A DNA stretch of 64,000 nucleotides from Eledone cirrhosa (Eukaryota): assembly GCA_964016885.1 (NCBI GenBank), contig OZ024744.1:84382001-84446000 (forward strand). The letters run 5' to 3'. Position 1 is the first letter of the stretch, and every line of letters starts with the position of its first letter. The position numbers and the translations under genes were made by a program. Shown one piece after another: positions 39,603 through 64,000 of the stretch. The notes beneath the pieces were generated by a model. That model worked only from the letters and a program-made list of their open reading frames with translations. It did no database searches and was not told where the DNA came from.

Positions 39603-41102
39603 TATATATATATATATACACAGTTCAAGAGTAACCAATCTTAAAGAGAGAGATGGAGATAGGAGAGGAGATATGAGAGGTAGGAGAGATTGGTGAATTA
39701 GTTAGAAGCCAAAGCGTAAAGGCATGTGCTCAATGTGCAATATGCAGTAGAAAGCAGCTGGGTGTCTGGGTTCATGCAGAAGTTGGGTGCGCAGAGCTGG
39801 AAATATTCATTAGTTAAGCAAAACAAGACCACAAATTTCACAAGGAAGGCATTATTAAATCTCGACAGATGTTCGACCACGCTAGCTAGGCTCCTTAAAA
39901 ACGTTAAATTGAGCAACGTTCAACACTCACTAAAATGGGATATCGTGGCTAGGGCCCAACCGTTCAATGGACGAAAAATCTTGTGATCTCTGTATTACAG
40001 AAGCATATTACATAACTCTATCACGACCTCTACCGATTAACGATAGAACGGAGGTAACTATTAGATGTCAACATCGAAGGGCTAATTCCTTCGCCAATAG
40101 AATATTTTTCCCAACTTAGTCATCTAGCCCCATTTTTACTTGTAGCTAATAAGTTAAATATTTATGACTAACTTAGATAATTATAAGTTACCTCCCCTAC
40201 ATTGTCTCTCAATTAACAAATTAAAAAATTAGCACTTAACTCGAAACTACCCACAATTTCTAATCTCTCGATGAGTTACTTCCCCTGAAACCACCCTCTA
40301 ATTAGTAAGGTAAATATGTCCTTTGGCAGCCATCTTGTTACCCATAGGCAGATCTCTCAAAATGCAGCCTCGACAGATGAATATTGCTTGATTATGGCTG
40401 ACAACTGATGCAACCAAGACACCATAGTGAAAAAGCAATATATTCAACATTATATTATGTAACATACTCTCCTTATTTTAATTTATATTCCTTTGAAGTT
40501 CCGATGAGCCGCTCTGTTTTTTAAATATGTTAATTATTTTCAACTGAACCAGATCAATAATGATATATAGTCATCTGATCCAGAAATATGATATGGAGTA
40601 GCGAAACAATTGTAAACGGACATTATTATTATTAATATTATTAAGGGCGGTAGATTGGCAGTATCGGTAGAGGGTCGGACGCCATGCTTTGAAGCATACA
40701 GTTACCTCCCTTTATGATCTGAGTTCAAATCCCGCCGAGGTTAACTTTGCCTTTCATCCTTACGGGGTCGATAAAATAAAGTACCAGTAATGCACTGAAA
40801 TTGCTGACCTTGTGCCAAAAGTAGAAACAATTATTATTAATATTATTATTATTATTCTCTACATTCCTTACATCAAACTAAAATATGTTGACAATCTTTT
40901 AATAATGTCTTCCTTCTGAAATTTGTGGTCTTGTTTGCTTAACTAATGAATATGTATATATATATGTATATATATATATATATGTGTATATATATATGTA
41001 TATATATGTGTGTATATATATATGTATATATATATGTATATATGTGTATATATATTTATATATATGTATATATATATATGTATATATATATGTATATATA
41101 TA

Positions 41103-43622
41103 TTTATATATATATAAAGGGAAGATGGACATTGTTTGGTGTACCGAACTTGCATGCTACACCGTTCATCCAATTTTCATGAAACTTCACACATATATAA
41201 AACTCCACGCGTAGAGTGGAATAGACTACTTGAAATTTTTGAAAAATCGATAATCGGGCCATATGACAGAATGTTATTCGATTCCAATGAAATTTTATGT
41301 GAATTCGAACACAAGAACTCTTAGTTTACATCTGGCGCAATAAAAATTAATTTCATATGCCCATATAAGGACGTGCGTTATTGATTGGACGGCCAGCTGC
41401 ATGTCTTCCCAGCTGTCTCAGTAAACGACCGACCATTAAAGAGTTTATCTTTTCATATTCCACCTTATTCAAGTGGAAATACAGTATTATCCCTATCTGA
41501 AAAGGGAACCAAATTTAATGGTGTCTTTTGTGATGCTAAAAGCTGTGAGTAAATTTTCAAACAGTCTTAAATAAACATGCTTTTTGAAAAAGAAATTACT
41601 AAATAATACGTTGACCAAGTTGTGGTGTACACATACAAAGGTGTAAAAAATGTTACGTCCTAACAATGTTTTCCTTTTTTAAACAAAAGATTCTAAAAAA
41701 TTACTTAATTCATAATACAGTCTTTTGCACAGGAAGTGAGTAACTTTTCGGGTGTTTAAACGTAAGTTCACCAGGGTTTGTGTCTTCATTATTAGCCCAC
41801 CTCTAATGGCATTTTTTGTTCTGCTTACGACTAAATGTTATGAGCGTATTTGCAATTAATTGCGCACACGTGCACACCTGCATGCAGATAGACACTGACA
41901 GCCAATAAAAAATCGATAACTTGCTTATTAAGATATCGGTCAAAAAGAGAGATTTTATGTACTTTAGAACATTTTTTGAATATATTGTTCTTTTTAGCAT
42001 GATATGTCAGAAATATAGCTACTATACACTTTGGTTATTTTTTGTAACTAAAAAACGGTTCCTTTTGGGTGGATACTTAACGAGAAAAATCCTAGGGTTT
42101 TGGACAAGTTTGTTTCAGGCGCTGTATAGACGCCGATTTTATCACACCTTGGTCATGAATTCGTATTCTTTTCCAATAGATATTTTCCGCTCTATAAGGC
42201 TCACCAGGATATAAGGCGTATCATTTAAAATCAGGTCCGCGCAACGGCGTGTGAGGCCAACTAGGAAAATGCTATCTTCTTTACTTTTAGTCTAGACCTA
42301 TTACTTCTGTTAGAGCCGTGATTGATTACCATTGTATTATTTATACATAAGGCTCACCGTTGTATAAAGCGCAGAGCTGTTTTTTGATTAAATTTAATTA
42401 TTTTAAGTACAATTTATAGACCGGAAAATTCGGTAAGTTATTGTAATCATATTTCCAAACCTTCCTATTCACCAATAACCATGCTAACGAATCTGGTGTC
42501 ATCTCTCTCTGTATTTAATCACCTCTCTCTAACCTAACAGCTTCGTTACACGTCGTTATGCCCACACGGAAACGTTCAAAACTTACCTCCAAAAAAGGTA
42601 CAGCTACTGCTTTGAGACAACGAATTAGGCGTTCTCAGGTATGAGTTCATTCACAATTGATTAATCCTTTATGCAATATTCTCCCTTAATGTTAGCAAGT
42701 ACTGCGTTTATCCTAACTGTCACCACTTTTAAGCAACTAGAACATTCTAATCGTAGTTATATTAAATTTATTGTCTTACCTTGATTCCCTTTTGTTCATG
42801 TTAGACTTTTCTCATTTACTATTGACACTGCCATTGGCTTAACTAACCAGTAGAATTAATTAATTTTCTCTAGGAAACACCTGCTGAGCGCGAATCTCGA
42901 CTCGCTGATAGACGTCTTTCCCGGCTGGTTGAGTCACCAACATCACGTACGACAAGGCTTGCTGATGTTCGCCTTCGTCGCCAACAAGCGCTGACGGAGG
43001 AATCACCAGCATCCCGTCAGACGAGGCTTGAGGCTGTGGCAAAGGGCAATAACCCTAGATACAATTTTGATCAACTTTTTTTCACCTATAGCAAATTTAC
43101 CGGGACAGGTTTTTAGCTACTCAAATCTACTTCAGAGATCACGCATTGATGTAAAAAATCAATAAAACTGAAGCGGGGCTCGACTTTGCGCAAAAAAACA
43201 AGGCAAAGTTACACATGGGAAAACTTTTTACAGGAACGTCCTATATTCTTGAAAACTGTCACAAAAGACTCGCCATTATGCCGCGGTTAAGATAAAGGCC
43301 CTTTTAATTCTTCTTCCGCACATGTGAGCGCAAAAATTGTAAAAAAAAAAGAACCCTGAAATTAATCGACATTTTCACCCTGCTTTAAATTAACTGAACA
43401 TTCAATATCAAGCGATTTCGACTTCCGTCAGTCGTGCAGAGAACAATTTCAACGATATACTGTGTAACTACAATTAATGAAAGACACACCTGTGTCTACT
43501 AACCTATTTTTTTTCATTGAAGTTCGAAGTTTTGAACCTGTGATGCGCGGAAAGTAACTTTCACACATTCTAACAGACCAAAGGTCTACTTACACCCGGG
43601 CAACGCCGGGTACTTCTGCTAG
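41103..43622 (+). mobile_element. Non-autonomous Helitron
   Basis: 3' cccgggcaacgccgggtac hairpin followed by CTAG; absent from the paralogous (TA)n at 4650-5100. Confidence 0.8.
42175..42435. mobile_element. Possible pogo/Tigger-type MITE nested in the Helitron
   Basis: Imperfect TIRs tattttccgctctataa / ttatagaccggaaaattcggta. Confidence 0.4.
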
Positions 43623-43691
<69 letters not shown>

Positions 43692-44345
43692 GTATATATA
43701 TATGTATATATATGTATATATATATATATGTATATATATGTATATATATATATATATATATGTATATCCATGTGCAACCATGCAGTATTCTTCTTCCCCT
43801 TGTTTTTCATATATATTTACCTAAACTGCGATTATCTGTTTCTCTCTTTCTCTCTTACTGCTCCCCCGTTCTCTTTGTTTCTCTTACCTTCTTTCACCCT
43901 CTCTGTCAGTTACACTTTTTCTCACGACTGACCTCTTCCTCGCACTTCCACTCACTCACTCTCTGTTCCTCCCCTTCTCACTTCCTCCCGTTCGCTACTA
44001 GTGGGGTTCCTTCTTTCTCACACCGCACTCACGGCGTACGGTCTGCTTCTCTGACGCTCATGAAATTCACCCAGCTAATGCTGATTGGATAACTACCATG
44101 TGGCTTGCTGTTTTCCAACCTTCAGTTTGCTTTTCCTTCCGTTGTTTACTTGTCTCACTCGCTTTACGCGTTTCACTTGTCCCAATAGTTTATTTTAGTT
44201 ATTGCTCGCACCAACCTGAGGTATCTGATTTTTAATGCGATGAAATACCAATGATGGTTGGCAAAATCACTGATGAGGGACTAATTTTATAATATGTAAT
44301 CCATGTGAACCATGCAGTATTCTTCTTCCCCTTGTTTTTCACATA

Positions 44346-44464
<119 letters not shown>

Positions 44465-44674
44465 TATATATAAAATAAAGTTAAATAATAAGTCAAATGT
44501 TTAAAATTTAGCTTCGTTTATTACTGCTATATATATTTCAGTGACAGCCATCTTTGGCTGTGACCTCTTCAGGCAGTTTGAATTAGTATGGTATAGACAA
44601 GTACATATGTTGTTGAGGTGTATAATATTGTCAATACTCTGATATGCCCAGTTCCTGGTTGGGTTGTTATTTCA

Positions 44675-50561
<5,887 letters not shown>

Positions 50562-50599
50562 TATATATATATATACATAAATATATATATATATATATA

Positions 50600-50830
50600 T
50601 ACGATATTAAATAAATGGAAACTATATTTATAAAACCATATTTATTTCATTATATATATTTCAGGGATATCATATTAACAATATGCTATGCCTTCCTCAG
50701 ACAAAATACAATATAAACAGTTTTATAGATAAATAGATTTGACATACCGTACAACATCGACTTGTATTTGAAAAGTTGAATTTATTAATATTTACTAGTT
50801 GTAACCCAACAATTTAAATATAACTTTCCA
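50600..50830 (-). mobile_element. pLTR fragment of the Naiad-type family at 28612
   Basis: Homologous to 28612-28785. Confidence 0.75.
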
Positions 50831-51859
50831 TATATATATATATATATATATATGAGTGTGACAATTAAATAATACTAATAATTGTTTGTGTGTATTCAAC
50901 TAATTTCGCCTCCTTTAAGCTGACTGTCGACTTATTTAGGAAAATTGTATAGGGAGGCAGTTGGAGGAGAATGTACTGTTATTTCTAGCACACAGATATC
51001 GTCTTTTCGTCCACCATGATATCATATAGAAAAAAGGAACCACAACACTTCACACTCTCTCTAACTAAAACTTTTCTTTGTTTGTTGTCTGCTGGTCTGA
51101 CATCTGAATCACTCTCACTCTATCTCTCTCTCTTTCCATATATATATATATATATAACGAAGGAAATGTGGTAAGGAACCAGGTGGTCCATAACGCACCA
51201 AAGTACTCAATACTTAGGGTAGTAGAGTGGGTAATAGGAACGAGTAGGACCCCGACGGCCGAGCTCAAGCCGTTACGACGGCTAATTCTGGTCAGTCCAG
51301 AATTAGCCGTCGAAACGGCTTGAGCTCAGCCGTCGGGGTCCTACTCGTTCCTATATATATATATATCAAAATAAGGATCCGAAGGCATGGTATAAATTTC
51401 CAATCATTTTAATCACGACACATGTTTCAATAAGAGATAGATCAATCGTGCAGCTAGGATCGATTATCACTGATTTGACAGGTGAAAATGAATTGTCTTC
51501 AAATCCTTGATATGAGGGAGAAAATGTAACGATGTCACTCACTAGAATTTTGTCCCCCATATGAAGATTAAGCAGCCAAAAGACGCCGACTGCTATCGTC
51601 CGTAGTTAGGGTCATAAAACTATCAAGTCTCAATGTCTCACCCCTAGATTCCTATCGCTTTCTCTTGATCTTTAGCAGCTTCTCTTACAACTAATACATG
51701 TGGACTATATATGGTCACTCCACTTTTTCCTTCACTGTTCTATATACACACATACACACCCTTATATTAACATACTTTTGCTGATAGCTTCGTACTTACA
51801 TGCACACACACTCTTTTACTCTCATATACACATTTTTCTTCATAGCTTCGTACGGACGT

Positions 51860-52870
<1,011 letters not shown>

Positions 52871-53053
52871 ATCAGAGCAAACATCACGGACGCTCTATCT
52901 CAAAATTATTTTTGAAAAGCATTAGAAATGCGCAACCGGTAAAAACTTAAAACCAAAACTGAATACTAACCAATACAATTACTAATTCTCACTTATTCCT
53001 AATTAAACTATTTTTCACTGTGAACAATTTGTCAGCATTTTCTATTCCGTTTA

Positions 53054-53100
<47 letters not shown>

Positions 53101-53413
53101 GAATATTCGAGTATCGGAAAATCAGCTCATGAATTTACGATAAACAAATCCGACATGAGTGGCAGAAGGCTCAATAATTCAGATAAATCAGAGCTATAAC
53201 TATCGTTAAAATACCAACACACAAAGATTATGCCTAAAATCACCCATGCAGCCGAAAAATAACGACCAGGAAGATTCGGGTCACTCAGATAAAATATCAA
53301 TAAATCAATAATTTATATGAATGTATATATGAATATAGTATGCTAGGGAAAGGATCAGGGGTGTATAACACTCCACTTATCCAGCAGGCAGTATGTGGTT
53401 AGCTCAATGTCTA

Positions 53414-53652
<239 letters not shown>

Positions 53653-53768
53653 CGAAGGAGTTGTGGTAAGGAACCAGATGGACCATAATGCACCAGAGTA
53701 CTCAATACTTAGGGTAGTAGAGTGGGTAATAGGAAAATGTATGACCCCGACGGGGTCATACATGTTCC

Positions 53769-53801
<33 letters not shown>

Positions 53802-54171
53802 CCCCCCGGTATTCGCGGGGGTTACTTTCCTAGACAACGCACAAAGAGAGAAAACCGTAAAAATGCCTGTAAACGTCAAAATATAACGACAATAACGCAA
53901 AACACTGACCAAAAACGGCCACACTGGCCGCATCAGTCGTAGTGATATTACTACCTTTGTGACAACAACAACGATAGCGACAGCTACAGTAAACAGTTAC
54001 AACAACAGCAAAAGTAATAACGACAACAGCAAAAACACAGACCAACGTCGTGTACATAGGCCCATCTTAGTTGAAAACACACAAACATTTTATCAATTTT
54101 AATCGTGACTTAGAATATTTGATTCACAATCTTTTCTGCCATGATAGTTCTCAGAAAGAAAATGTGTTACA

Positions 54172-54505
54172 TATCCCCCATCGCTGTGTGCAACGTCTTC
54201 TGGAGGCTGGCGACCAAGGTGGTCTGCAGATTCATCACACCTGAAGTGGGGGAAGAGTTCAGCCCTCTGCTGGAACTAGGTGTCGGCGTGTCCGGTGGGT
54301 GTGAGGGGGGCAGCACATGATCTAGGCAGTTCTTAAACAGCTGTCACCGGAAGCGGCGTTGTGGGATGCCAGGTACCTCATTTTCAAGCTTGACATGAGG
54401 AATGCCTTCAACTGCGTCCGGCGTGACCATCTGCACGAGCTCTGCTTCAGCCGAGCCCCCTCGGCGCATACGCTGGCCTACTTGTCGTATGGAGCCCCGA
54501 GCATG
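54172..54505 (+). mobile_element. CRE-clade RT fragment
   Basis: PIAVCNVFWRLATK, LGVGVSGGCE, KLDMRNAFNCVRRD. Confidence 0.75.
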
Positions 54506-55270
54506 CTGGGAATTTTTATGTTGACCGCTAAATAAGACTAAATAAAATTGATAAAATGTTTGTGTGTTTTCAACTAAGATGACTGTCGACTTAATTTACG
54601 AAAATGGAATGGGTGGCAGTTGGAGGAGAATTTATTGTTATTTCTAACACACAGAAACTGTTTTTTCGTCCGCCATGCTATTATATAGAGAGAAGGAATC
54701 GCAATACCTCATACTCAATCCAACTCATCTTCTATCTAACTAACTAAAATGACGCCTTGGTTAAGTACTCAATTATAGTAAACCATAAGTTTGAAAATGT
54801 ATCATGTTTTAATAGATTCTTTCGTGTGGCAACTCTTCAATGGATTTTTCTCTTTTCTTTGTTTTTTTTTGTTTTTTTGAGCTTTCAAATTCTTTCTCTT
54901 ATAAAATTATTTAGATTCTCCTGAATCCAGTACATAGTCAAATACTCATCTTTCTGTATGAATATCTAAACATATATATATATCCTTATATTTCTCCCTA
55001 GGGTGGTGGATTGGCCGTATCAGTAGATAGTCGCACACCATGCTTTGCAGCAGAGAGTATAATCCTTTATGGTCTAAGTTCAAATCCCGCCGAGGTTAAC
55101 TTTGCCTTTCATCCTTACGGGCTCGAGAAGTTCCAGTAACGTACTTGGAGTAATTTAATCAACTTTCCCCTCACCCCAAATTACTGGCCTTGTGCCTATA
55201 CTAGAAATCATATCTCTCCCTGTCAATCGCTCGCTCAATTTTACTTTATGTATATTTTCTCACTCACTTA

Positions 55271-55299
<29 letters not shown>

Positions 55300-55304
<5 letters not shown>

Positions 55305-55513
55305 TATTTATTAAAATAGCAGATTAAAGTTTAAGCAAATAATCGCTGCTTTCACCCTTAACGGGATCCCGTTAAGGGTTAAAGCTGCGATTCCTTGCTT
55401 AAACTTTAATCTGTTATTTTAAAAAATATTTGCTGAAGGGTTCTTATATATTTGATATATATTTATACTTATCGAGCCCTCTTTGGTTTTTAGTCTTCGC
55501 ATTTATTATTATT

Positions 55514-55518
<5 letters not shown>
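55300..55518. mobile_element. Fold-back family P1, short copy (centre gggatccc at about 55366, ~90-nt tail on the right)
   Basis: Homologous to 56164-56762. Confidence 0.75.
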
Positions 55519-55571
<53 letters not shown>

Positions 55572-55816
55572 GAGAGAGAGAGAGAGAGAGAGAGAAAGGG
55601 GGAGAGTCTGCGGTGCAGAGATCGTGGTACCAGCAACCATGGATGTACTCTATGCAACCATGCAACCATTTGCTGAACACATAAGCCGAATCCGCTTAGC
55701 GCCGCGGTCTCTATCCTCACTCTATATTTCCCTATGCATAGAGTACACCCATAGTTGCTGGTACCACGGTCTCTGCACCGCAGACTTCCCCCCCCCCCCC
55801 CTCTCTCTCTCCACAG

Positions 55817-55877
<61 letters not shown>

Positions 55878-56095
55878 AGTAATAATAAATGCGAAGACTA
55901 AAAACCAAACAAGGCTCGATAAGTATAAATATATATCAAATGTATAAGAACCCTTCAAGGCTTGTTGGGCACTCAAGCGGAAACCGCTTGGCGCCGTGGT
56001 CAGGATTCTACATCTCTCTATCTCTATCTATTTATTATATAGATATACATATACACACGCACACATATACATACATATATATATATATACGTATA

Positions 56096-56163
<68 letters not shown>

Positions 56164-56166
<3 letters not shown>

Positions 56167-56762
56167 ATAATAATAAAATTGAAGACTAAAATCCAAAGAG
56201 GGCTCGATAAGGAAAATATATATCAAATATATAAGAACCGTAGAGCAAATATTTATTAAAATAACAGATTAAAGTTTAAGCAAAGAATCGCTGCTTTCAC
56301 CCTTAACGGGATCTTCTGAAACTAACAAAGTCAATCTGTCAAAGTCAATCTGTAAACGCAGAACTGGATATTTCAAAAAAACGTTGCAACCGGTGGAAGA
56401 CAGGAAGACGATACTTTGGTTCGTGGTGACGTTCGCTGGCAAAGAACGGGAAAAAACGAATAATACGTCAAGAGAACATTAGTCTACGACCTCTTTTATA
56501 CCATAAACGTGGTTCTGTCTTTGCGCGTAATTGTTTTTCACCGCTCCTATTAATGACGTATTATTCGTTTTTTCCCGTTCTTTGCCGGCGAACGTTACCA
56601 CCAACCAAAGTATCGTCTTCCTGTCTTCCTCCGGTTGCAACGTTCTTTGAAATATCCAGTTCTGCGTTTACAGATTGACTTTGTTAGTTTCAGAAGATCC
56701 CGTTAAGGGTGAAAGCAGCGATTCTTTGCTTAAACTTTAATCTGTTATTTTAATAAATATAT
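56164..56762. mobile_element. Fold-back family P1, complete copy: ~84-nt tail plus ~220-bp inverted repeat
   Basis: 56248-56470 and 56544-56760 are reverse complements; hammerhead-like CAGAAGA-TCCC(GTTAA)GGGT-GAAA. Confidence 0.82.
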
Positions 56763-56769
56763 ATATATA

Positions 56770-57212
56770 CGTCGCCGTGAGCGTTATATTATCTGCATGA
56801 TGTGGAAAATGTTCCATCATCACTGCCCAAATGATGTTGGCATCGCCTTCAAGATACACCCAAGGCTTGTGCCCCGTGCTATCCGTCCCATTCAAAAATC
56901 TAAATCGCAACTCATAACAACAATACGGCACAATTATTTCACCTCAATCGGCCCTGCTCTCTTCAACATCACACCAGGACACGTCAAAACAGAAACTGAC
57001 CACACAAAATTCAAGAAGTCTTTGGACAAATTCCTCCAAGTAATCCCGGACAAACCACCCACACCCGGATATGTCTCCGCAAACAGTAATTCTCTTCTCG
57101 AATGGGCCATGGTGCCCAAATCCTGAATTGAAAGACTTCGCCAGGTGGTGCTATTAAGTTAGACATGGCCTCGGCCAATACTGGTCAAAACATTTCAAAG
57201 TTATTCAAAGTT
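56770..57212 (+). mobile_element. 3' end of a CR1/L2/Jockey-group LINE
   Basis: GPALFN...FKKSLDKFLQVIPDKP..PGY...SNSL; short 3'UTR with a ttcaaagtta repeat. Confidence 0.65.
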
Positions 57213-60790
<3,578 letters not shown>

Positions 60791-61149
60791 ATATCTGTGT
60801 GAGTATATGTGTCTGTGTAGTAATTAGTCTGTAACTATGAACAAAGCAGAAGAGAACTCAAAAAAGTTTCAAAATGTCTTCCACAAAATCGATTCAATTT
60901 TAGACTATAAGTGAAGTCAGATTATTAAGAGATAAAAGCCTGGCGTTAAGATTTTGACTAAAGAAAGACATTTTTTGTAATGTTTAAATAAGTATACATA
61001 AAAGAAGAATAGAGTAGAGTAAACTTTTTATACGATGAAAGGTGAATAACACTTGTGTTTTGAATTTTTGGAAATATATTCCATTTCAACTTAGTCGCTT
61101 AGTCCATAAACCCCGGTACTGCGGGTTGCAGTTCAGAGGAAAGGAAGAC

Positions 61150-61395
61150 AAACACATACCTGTGATTGTCCAGCCGCTTCCTCTTCGCATCGGTCGCCGT
61201 CGAGACCTTGGGCGTACTAGGACCCCGTACAGCCGAGCTCCTCCACAAGATCGGAACGTCAGCAGCCCGTCTGAGAAAGGAGCCCCGTGAGGTGGGGGTG
61301 GCTATCGCAGCGGGTGTCGCTGACAATTATCCTCCGCGGAAATGTTTTTGCGGTCTTGTCCACGGGGTGCATCCCAAACATCGCTCCGCCCTAGG
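61150..61395 (+). mobile_element. CRE-clade RLE 3' fragment (diverged)
   Basis: SVAVETLGVLGP...QRVSLTI..RGN. Confidence 0.7.
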
Positions 61396-61914
61396 TACAG
61401 AGTTCATCACCCTCTCATATCCCACCCCATCTTTTGTGACCCAAGAGTCTTTGCTTTTCCTTCCTTTTCCTCTCATTTATAGCATTTATAGTCCTTTCCT
61501 CTACTTTCCTATACCCTTCTGTAACTCTAGAGCCCTTGTCTTTCCCTTCATTCTGTGTTTTTAAATGTCTGTAGTGTTGTTGTTATTTTAAATAGATTTG
61601 TTTACGATATTTTTTATTTCTATTGATAAAACGTATTTATCTGATAGATAAAAAAAAATAATAATATTAATATGGAACTACAACTTTGTTAAAACTGTCA
61701 AAAAAAAAGAAAGGAAACTAAAATCCAACTTCTTTATGGTGTGAAATGTTATGAAACTATGGTTTAACCTGTCGGTAATGTAAGTATTTTTAAATTAGGA
61801 AAAGGGTAACAATGAGAATTGTGGTTTCACGACATTTGTGTTTTTATAATCGACCGAGTTCATTTATAACTGCGTTTATCTTTATATTTCTAACGTCTAA
61901 CTTGAATGGAAAGC

Positions 61915-62250
61915 GACATGTGTTGTGTCTCTGAAGATGTAACGAATGACCATGTGATTTGCACCTAGAAAGTTTCCCACCGAAGCACAAGTCAAGGCAA
62001 GGTTGTTTTAGGAAGACCAGTAGTCCCCCATGCATACCAGTCTTCACTCTCCATGCCACCAATGTTGTCCAAGGGAAAAAGCAATGGCCGATACTGTTTG
62101 GCATTAGTGACGTCGCAACACATTTTTCCAGAACTGGAGCAACGTGAAATAAAGTACCTTGCTGAAGAACACAACGCAAAGCCTGGTCCGAGAATCGAAC
62201 TTACAACCTCTCGATTGTAATCTCGATGATTTAAGCAATGCTCAGTACAT
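61915..62250 (-). mobile_element. Second tRNA-derived SINE family (V-domain-like)
   Basis: B box GTTCGATTC followed by ttgtgttcttcagcaaggtactttatttc. Confidence 0.55.
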
Positions 62251-62526
62251 AGGGTTTTAAATGTGACTTTGATAATATTGATATAGTTGAGGGTGGTCAT
62301 ATATGTTCTCTTCGAGAAGCTTTAGAGCGGTTACCATGGAAAGGGTAGTTGTTATCAATTGGATCGAGTTGGAAAAGCATATTTGTATATACGTATTTGG
62401 TAGACTTTTAAAGTTAAATCTAGGTAGAAGAGTACCAAAATTATCAGTGCAGTGATCTGAATAAGTCCATTTGATTGTGTGTGTGTTTGTGTTTGTGCAT
62501 GTGTGTGTGTGTGAAAGAGAGAGAGG

Positions 62527-62594
<68 letters not shown>

Positions 62595-62644
62595 GAGGAG
62601 GGAGAGAGAGAGATCTGTATTCACAATTCACTGTTTAAGGATTA

Positions 62645-63065
62645 GTCCGCCTCGGCATTCTGGTGGTCAGAAAAGAGAAGACATTGCTCCGGAGGATGGT
62701 GAAGGGGACGGTCTGGAACCGCTACTCCAACTCGCAAAGCTTACACATGCGGGTACCCAACATCTATCTCGTTAGTAGTGAGTCGGGATGTGGCCCGGGA
62801 ACCAAGAACGCCGGAAGTTTCCCCTGCCACAGGCTCGACCACGAACATATCAGAGAGCGGCCGATCTTTGACAGTTCGCCCTCTTCGGCCAGGCGTGCAG
62901 CGAAGCCTGGGCTGGTAGCCAAACGCACCAGGTTGCCATTGGAGAAGGTGTCACAACTTGTGGCATCCTAGATGAATTGTCATGCCGTCAGCCTTTTTCC
63001 CGTCCTCCTGGTCTAGCCCGGCTGGCTCGAGCTAGGAAAGGAAGACTGCGGCGTCCAGGCCATAC
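62645..63065 (-). mobile_element. CRE-clade RLE fragment (diverged)
   Basis: DATSCDTFS, AARLAEEG, GETSGVLGP on the minus strand. Confidence 0.7.
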
Positions 63066-64000
63066 TTTATAATCTCGTTGAGAACAGCGGTGTGTGTGTG
63101 ACGCAGCCAGCACTATAACAGCATGACAGTGAGAGGAGACCGAAAGAATCCACAGTGAACCCGCAGCAGTATGTGTGAGGTTCATAAATCCGAAGGTTGA
63201 CCCTCGCGGAAATACCGATGTACAAACAGTCGCTGTTCGGCTGAGTGCCAGTCGAGAGTGATGATTGTAATTGATGCGGTGGATTGGCAGTATCGGTAGA
63301 GCATTAGACACCATGCTTTTCAGCATAGAGTTATGGCTCTTTGCGTTCTGAGTTCAAATCTGGCCGAGATTAACTTTGCCTTTCACCCTTACGGAGTGGA
63401 TAAAAATAAAGTACCAGTAATGTACTGAGAGAATTGCTGGCCTTGTGCCAAATGTAGAAACAATCATTTTTATGGAAAGTTTTGTGGAAGTTATGATCTA
63501 CAGGAAATTTAGAAATAATGTTGCAATCTATTTTTAAAGCTAGTCTGTGGATTGAACCATGTTATTTTTGTTCTATTCTTGCTTTTATTTTACTTCTTTC
63601 TGGTTCTGTAAGTAAAATATATATATTTTAACCACGCAATTTAATTATATGATGATAACTAGAACCTTCAGCAGGCGACATACTTGAAATTCATCTAGTA
63701 TTGTCATTAATTTATTTAAAATAATTGGAGGAAATAGGAATGTTTAATGATATATTAGTTTTTGTAATGAGGCATTAAGTATTCTATATTAGTTATATTT
63801 TACGCAAATATAAGTTTAGAAGTATGTCTGAGAAATTAGCTATGCTTATATTAATATTAACTAAATTTCAATTTTAATAGCGTTTAATGTATCAATTAGA
63901 CTCTGTTTAGTTGATAAGAATTCATAATAGAATATACTGTGTCCATCCACATTGCACAACCCTAATATTAGTGAATCAGTTTTTTTTAAGCGAGTATCAA

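Noticed and set aside
53795-54060. Tigger-like transposon end (tcccccggtattcgcgggg)
   Set aside because: No matching second TIR or transposase is visible; insufficient support.

Overview
AT-rich eukaryotic (animal) DNA. The SINEs and the (TA)n density suggest a coleoid cephalopod such as octopus; this is an inference. Most of the window is transposon-derived and strung on (TA)n microsatellites. It contains two decayed autonomous Helitrons, two non-autonomous Helitrons, a near full-length Penelope-like element (PLE) plus several PLE fragments, an RTE-clade LINE, a Tx1/L1-like fragment, six CRE-clade fragments and tRNA-derived SINEs. Much of the window is one tandem segmental duplication (about 1-17.7 kb versus 22.7-52 kb) whose orthologous (TA)n sites have independently acquired different elements. 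Two things stand out. (1) A small spliced gene family is absent from the ORF track: two intact 106/103-aa copies and three relics. Its main exon has 19 amino-acid replacements against one synonymous change between the intact paralogs, with frame-preserving indels, while the adjacent intron is nearly identical. It weakly resembles the PARP14/DTX3L-type N-terminal RRM. (2) At least seven unrelated non-coding fold-back elements share one architecture: (TA)n, a 55-105 nt tail, an inverted repeat, (TA)n. These and the other PLE-type ends carry minimal type I hammerhead ribozymes with palindromic stem III loops, and the fold-back points often fall at the ribozyme stems. All calls were made by eye, and element boundaries are approximate to a few tens of bases unless stated.
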